A stretch of 32,000 nucleotides of DNA from Candidatus Portiera aleyrodidarum (GTDB lineage Bacteria > Pseudomonadota > Gammaproteobacteria > Johnevansiales > Johnevansiaceae). A program made the position numbers and the translations under genes. Below the pieces are notes generated by a model. It was not told the origin of the DNA, did not search any database, and saw nothing but the letters and a program-made list of their open reading frames with translations. Positions 18,989 to 32,000 of the stretch are shown piece after piece. Every line of letters starts with the position of its first letter. Position 1 is the stretch's first letter. Where the stretch lies: positions 60,001-92,000 of the forward strand of contig NZ_LN649255.1 of assembly GCF_000953295.1 (NCBI RefSeq), written 5' to 3'.

Positions 18989-20405
18989 TAGTACCTAATG
19001 TTGAAAAAGCTGCTTCGTGTATTGCTTCTGAAAGGGTAGGATGAGCAAAACATGTTAATGCCAAATCCTCAGCACTTGAACTAAATTCCATTGCAATAAC
19101 ACCCTGAGCAATTAATTCACTAGCATTTTGGCCCATTATATGAACCCCTAAAATTCTATCATTTCCAGCATCTACCATTATTTTAACCATACCTTGTAGT
19201 TCATTATTTGCCTTAGCTCTTCCGCAATTGGAAAACGGAAAAATCCCTACTTTATATTTAATTCCTGCTGATTTAAGCTGCTGTTCAGTTTTTCCCACCC
19301 AAGCAATTTCTGGGCTTGTGTAAATCACCCATGGAATAGTCTCATAATTTATCTGTACATTATTACCAGCTATATTTTCAGCTACCATAATACCTTCTTG
19401 TGCAGCTTTATGTGCTAACATAGGACCCCTAACTACGTCTCCTACAGCATAAATTCCTGGTATACTTGTTTTACATTGTTGGTCAACTTTGATAAATCCT
19501 TTATCATCTAACTCTATCCCGCTACTTTTATCTATTAGCTTATGTGTATAAGGTATCCTACCTACACAAACTATCAACTTATCAAAAATTAAGCTCTGCT
19601 CACCAAATTGATCCATAAACTTAACTTTAACTTCTTTATTTTTAACTTCGCAACCCATAATACGCACATTTAATTTAATATTTAACCCTTGTTTTGTTAA
19701 TATTTTTGATATTTCTTTAGCTAAACTTTCATCTACAGCTGGAAATACTTGATCTAATGCGTCCAATATAGTAACCTTGCTGCCAAGTCTGCTCCAAACT
19801 GAACCTACTTCTATCCCAATAATACCTGCTCCTATTATACCTAGGCGATTAGGTACATCCTGTAAACTTAATGCAGCTGCTGAGTCTATTATTGTATGTC
19901 CATTGAATGGAGCTTGCTTAATGCTGCTAGGAATAGATCCAGAAGCAATAATAATATTCTTAGCTTTAAAAATACTCTTTTTTCCGTTGTGATAAACTTC
20001 TACTTTTTTTTCATTTAAAATCTTACCAGTTCCTTTCAATACTGTAACCCCATTAGTTCTAAACAAAGCATCAATTCCATTAATTAAACTATAAACAATT
20101 TTATTTTTATGCCTTATCATCTTTTTTATATCGATCCTAAGCTTCTCAATCTTAATACCTAATTCTTCGAATTTATCCCTCGCCTCAATAAACTTATGTG
20201 ATATTTCTAATAATGTTTTTGAAGGTATACATCCAACATTTAGGCAAGTCCCCCCATAAATCATTCTTCCATCTTCTTTGACCCATTTTTCAACACAAGC
20301 TGTTTTTAGCCCTAATTGGGCAGCTCTGATAGCCCCAACGTACCCTGCTGGACCTGCACCAATAACAAGTACATCAAATTTAGCTTCCATATTTATCTCG
20401 TTCAT
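18972..20405 (-). CDS. lpdA: Dihydrolipoyl dehydrogenase (E3)
   Basis: A 477-aa ORF with the FAD-binding motif VIGAGPAGY, the redox-active disulfide GGTCLNVGCIPSK, and the C-terminal HAHPTLSE interface motif. Confidence 0.96.
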   Translation of the reverse strand: MNEINMEAKFDVLVIGAGPAGYVGAIRAAQLGLKTACVEKWVKEDGRMIYGGTCLNVGCIPSKTLLEISHKFIEARDKFEELGIKIEKLRIDIKKMIRHKNKIVYSLINGIDALFRTNGVTVLKGTGKILNEKKVEVYHNGKKSIFKAKNIIIASGSIPSSIKQAPFNGHTIIDSAAALSLQDVPNRLGIIGAGIIGIEVGSVWSRLGSKVTILDALDQVFPAVDESLAKEISKILTKQGLNIKLNVRIMGCEVKNKEVKVKFMDQFGEQSLIFDKLIVCVGRIPYTHKLIDKSSGIELDDKGFIKVDQQCKTSIPGIYAVGDVVRGPMLAHKAAQEGIMVAENIAGNNVQINYETIPWVIYTSPEIAWVGKTEQQLKSAGIKYKVGIFPFSNCGRAKANNELQGMVKIMVDAGNDRILGVHIMGQNASELIAQGVIAMEFSSSAEDLALTCFAHPTLSEAIHEAAFSTLGTTIHKV

Positions 20406-24210
<3,805 letters not shown>

Positions 24211-24220
<10 letters not shown>

Positions 24221-25674
24221 ATTTTTTTATAATATTCCTTTATTATTTTCTTTTCCTGTTCTAGTGTTATACCTCCTAATATATTTATTGCCTGCTCCAA
24301 ACGTATTCGCGTTATATCTTTACCAATAATACCCAAAGTCTCAATTACCGATGTAGAAATTAATCTTCCATTTATTGCAATAAATATTGGAGCCATTATT
24401 GTTTTCATTTTAATTTTAAAATGGTTAGATAATTGTTTAACCTTATATAGTATAGTTACCTTTTCCCATTTTTCTATATATTCTAACTGCAACCATAAAA
24501 CTTTAAGTACTTTAATTTGCAGGGTGGTTTTCAAAGAAATAACTTTAAAATCTTCTGTTTTTAAGTTAGGTAATCCAGAAAACAAATGTTCAGAAAAAGG
24601 GATAATATCAGTTAAAATTTTTATCCGAGGTTTAATTGATGGGAAAATCTTATATATATAGTCTTTTGCCCATTCATACATAACCTTAATTAAAGTTTTA
24701 TCTTCCATTGACCGGATATAAATACCATTTAACCAAGTCAATTTGTCTAAATCAAATATTGGACCTCCTAAAGATATACTCTGAAGATCAACATTTATAT
24801 CTTCTATAGAAAAATTTTCTTTTATAGAATTTTTAATCCCAGCAATACTACCTAAGTAATTTCTTATTGTTTGGGGTAAATAACCCATTTTACGATAATA
24901 TTCAAGTGAATTATTTTGTTTGCGTTTAGATAGTTTTGATCTATCTGTATTACGTAATAATGGTAAGTGACAAACTTCGGGAAATTTCCAACCTAAATAT
25001 TCATAAATCAACTTATGTTTTGGAGTAGAATTTATCCATTCTTCCCCCCTTATTACATTAGATATCCCCATCAAATAATCGTCTACTACATTCGCTAAAT
25101 GATAAGTAGGGGTTCCGTCAGATTTTATTAAAATTTGTGAATCAACCTGAGACCAATTCATTTTAATCTTACCCCTCAACACATCATTAAATACGCATAC
25201 TCCTTTATTAGGAACTTTAAGCCGTATTACATAAGGCCATTTGTATTTTTTCCTAAATTTTAATTCTTTATAATCTAACTGTAAATCTTTTTCTTTTAAT
25301 GCTTTATCAAATTTACATTTCCGTAATTTTTCTAGTTCTTTACTAGTACGATAACATTTAAATACCTTACCTGAATTAATTAATTTCTCAACATATTTTT
25401 TATAAATCTCATTACGTTCGCTTTGCCTATAAGGCCCAAACTTTCCTCCAATATCTGGTCCTTCATCCCATTTTAAGCCTAACCAATCTAATGATTCTAA
25501 AATTTTTTTTTCAAATTTCCTTTTTGATCGCAATCTATCTGTATCTTCAAGTCGAAGAATTACTTTTCCATTATTAGTACGAGCAAAACAAAAATTTAAT
25601 AAAGCTATATAGGCTGTCCCGATATGTGGGCTTCCTGTAGGTGAAGGTGCAATCCGTGTGCGTATCTTCTTCAT
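24211..25674 (-). CDS. gltX: Glutamate--tRNA ligase
   Basis: A 487-aa ORF with RIAPSPTGSPHIGTA (HIGH-type), LRLEDTD and KLSKRK (KMSKS-type). The stop overlaps the sucA start by 10 bp. Confidence 0.96.
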
Positions 25675-27093
25675 CTATCTAACTGTAATAAATTTTGATG
25701 TCTTTTTCCGATCCCCTTTCCTACGTCGTAATCTACTTTTTCTTAACCCACCACCTGCCCCTTTTTTAGGCATTTCATGAATTTTAGCCTCTTTTTCACG
25801 TGCTAAATGTGCAAATACTGCTGCTAATTCTATTGGATTTAAGCCTTTATCTACTAATTCTTGTACTAAATACCGTTGATCTAAATACCGTTGATTATAA
25901 TTTCTAGAAGCTAATATTGTAGTTACACGATTTTTAAAAACCCGATCACGATGATCTCTTAATGCCTTTACATCTGGGATTTCCATTATTTCCATCTTTT
26001 GTCCAAGAGCTTTTTCTAACCATTTTCTTTTTCGTAATTCGCTTCTATTTACAAAAGTAATAGCTGTTCCTCCCCGTCCAGCCCTTCCTGTCCTTCCTAT
26101 CCGATGAATGTATGCTTCTTTATCATTTGGTATATCATAATTAATCACATGAGTAATACTAGGAAAGTCAAGTCCTCTAGCAGCGATATCTGTAGCAACT
26201 AATATATTAACTTTACCTAACTTTAATCTATATACAGTTCGGTCCCGTAATTTTTGATTTAAATCACCAGAAAGGGCTGCTGCTGAAATACTACGTGAAG
26301 TTAATTTCTCCACTAACTTGCTACAAGAAGCTCTAGTACGCACAAAGACAATTGCTGCATTAATTTTATAAATTTCTATAATCCGCGCTAATGCTTCAAT
26401 TTTAGCATTATTTTCAATTTTACATAACTTTTGAATAATAGTATTTTTTACTGTTTTATATTCAATCTGAATTTTTATAGGATTAACTAAATAACGATTA
26501 ACTATTGGTTCTATTTCGAAAGGTAATGTTGCAGAAAAAAACACTTTTTGGGTAGTTTCTGGCATCTTTTTTAGTATTATTTCTATATCTTCTATAAAAC
26601 CCATACGTAACATTTCATCAGCTTCATCCAGTACCAGGGCATTTAGATGTTTTAAATTCATAGAACCTCTTATTAAATGATCTATAACACGTCCAGGAGT
26701 CCCTACTACAATATGAGCACCTTTATTTAAACCACGTAATTGCTCTCTATATTCTTGACCACCACATATAGTAATAACGGAAATATTTTTTACATATTTG
26801 CCATATATAAGAAAATTTCCAGAAACTTGTTGTGCAATTTCACGAGTAGGAGCTAAAACTAATACTTGCGTATGCTTAATAGTTACATCTATTCTAGTTA
26901 ATAAAGGTAATGCAAAAGCTGCTGTTTTTCCTGTTCCTGTTTGAGCTTTACCTAATAAATCACGTCCTTCAAGTAACCAAGGAATTGTTTTTATTTGTAC
27001 AGTGAAAGGATTTTCATATTTAATAGACTTCAAAACCGCAGGTAATAAAGCAAACTTTTTAAATTTAATTTTATAATAATAACTCGAATTCAT
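25675..27093 (-). CDS. deaD: DEAD-box ATP-dependent RNA helicase (DeaD/CsdA-like)
   Basis: A 472-aa ORF with motif I AQTGTGKT, Ia PTREIA, II VLDEADEML, III SAT and VI HRIGRTGRAG, plus a basic Arg/Lys/Gly tail. The assignment to deaD rather than another DEAD-box paralog is less certain. Confidence 0.85.
   Translation of the reverse strand: MNSSYYYKIKFKKFALLPAVLKSIKYENPFTVQIKTIPWLLEGRDLLGKAQTGTGKTAAFALPLLTRIDVTIKHTQVLVLAPTREIAQQVSGNFLIYGKYVKNISVITICGGQEYREQLRGLNKGAHIVVGTPGRVIDHLIRGSMNLKHLNALVLDEADEMLRMGFIEDIEIILKKMPETTQKVFFSATLPFEIEPIVNRYLVNPIKIQIEYKTVKNTIIQKLCKIENNAKIEALARIIEIYKINAAIVFVRTRASCSKLVEKLTSRSISAAALSGDLNQKLRDRTVYRLKLGKVNILVATDIAARGLDFPSITHVINYDIPNDKEAYIHRIGRTGRAGRGGTAITFVNRSELRKRKWLEKALGQKMEIMEIPDVKALRDHRDRVFKNRVTTILASRNYNQRYLDQRYLVQELVDKGLNPIELAAVFAHLAREKEAKIHEMPKKGAGGGLRKSRLRRRKGDRKKTSKFITVR
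25866..25895 (-). repeat. Perfect 15-bp x2 in-frame tandem duplication in deaD (QRYLD/QRYLV)
   Basis: CTAAATACCGTTGAT at 25866..25880 is repeated exactly at 25881..25895. Confidence 0.95.
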
Positions 27094-27116
27094 TTTACAC
27101 CTTCTAACTTTATAAT

Positions 27117-27235
27117 AGCCTGACGAAACCTAGTCTCACATGAGGAGAACCTCATACTACCTTCGGCGTTAGGTGATTTAACTTCTGAGTTCGGAATGGT
27201 ATCAGGTTGGTCCCACCAACTATAATCGTCAAGCT
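27117..27235 (-). rRNA. rrf: 5S ribosomal RNA
   Basis: The reverse complement reads GCTTGACGATTATAGTTGGTGGGACCAACCTGATACCATTCCGAACTCAGAAGTTAAA...GTGAGACTAGGTTTCGTCAGGC. This is collinear with E. coli 5S, including CCGAACTCAGAAGTGAAA, and the terminal helix pairs. Ends are accurate to within a few nt. Confidence 0.93.
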
Positions 27236-27274
27236 AAATCTTTTTAAATAAACAGACTCTTTCAGGTACTATGT

Positions 27275-30176
<2,902 letters not shown>

Positions 30177-30214
30177 ACAATTTAATAACCTTTTAAGAGT
30201 CTATTTAATTCTTT

Positions 30215-30287
30215 TGGGTCTGGGCAGACTTGAACTACCGACCTCACTCTTATCAGGAGTGTGCTCTTCCATCTGAGCTACAGACCC
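30215..30287 (-). tRNA. tRNA-Ile (anticodon GAT) in the 16S-23S spacer
   Basis: The reverse complement is GGGTCTGTAGCTCAGATGGAAGAGCACACTCCTGATAAGAGTGAGGTCGGTAGTTCAAGTCTGCCCAGACCCA. It folds by hand into a cloverleaf: 7-bp acceptor stem, anticodon loop CTGATAA and T-loop TTCAAGT. No 3' CCA is encoded. Confidence 0.9.
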
Positions 30288-30329
30288 ACTACTATATGTA
30301 AGTACTTAGTTCATAAAGACTATAACTGT

Positions 30330-31880
<1,551 letters not shown>

Positions 31881-31953
31881 CTTTTTTTCTCTTTTTTTTT
31901 GGTCTTTATCTGAACCAAGTACCTACTTAATTTTAAATCTTAAATAGATATTA

Positions 31954-31981
31954 TTTATATATAATTTTTTTATATTGTCAA
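31954..31981 (-). promoter_or_regulatory. Candidate sigma70 promoter of the rRNA operon
   Basis: On the minus strand, a perfect -35 TTGACA (31981..31976) is followed by a 16-nt spacer and a -10 TATAAA (31959..31954). This lies about 75 nt upstream of the 16S 5' end. -10-like strings are common in such AT-rich DNA, so support comes mainly from the perfect -35 and the spacing. Confidence 0.4.
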
Positions 31982-32000
31982 TTTTAAATTCTTATTTAAT

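Overview
This is a very AT-rich, gene-dense window with almost no intergenic space. That fits a strongly reduced gammaproteobacterial endosymbiont genome. The 16S stretch GTAAAGCACTTTCAGCGAGGAAGAA and the sucA-sucB-lpd arrangement resemble Halomonadaceae/Oceanospirillales-derived insect symbionts such as Portiera, but this assignment is from memory, not a search. The genetic code appears standard: leuS ends in TGA and conserved Trp residues use TGG.

Minus-strand genes, listed by ascending coordinate: pheT (5' part), pheS, rplT, rpmI, infC, era, rnc, lepA, argD, trpA and trpB. A long co-directional minus-strand block follows, in transcription order: 16S, tRNA-Ile, 23S, 5S, deaD, gltX, sucA, sucB, lpdA. 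Plus-strand genes: proS, valS, a decayed ahpC pseudogene, a YfhL-type ferredoxin, ybeY, leuS and holA.

I found no mobile elements, CRISPR arrays, defence or toxin systems, or orphan gene clusters, and I do not think the window holds a novel multi-gene system.

The observations most worth a second look are:
- SucB's inter-domain region is an 18-bp x9 in-frame repeat, and the E3-binding domain seems to be missing.
- sucB has no canonical start codon upstream of its lipoyl domain.
- sucA and deaD each carry a perfect in-frame tandem duplication.
- ahpC is a still-readable, multiply lesioned pseudogene.
- The rRNA operon runs into deaD with only 23 nt and no visible terminator.
- Two structured repeats lie in divergent promoter regions.
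- lepB and lptE are absent from their conserved positions.
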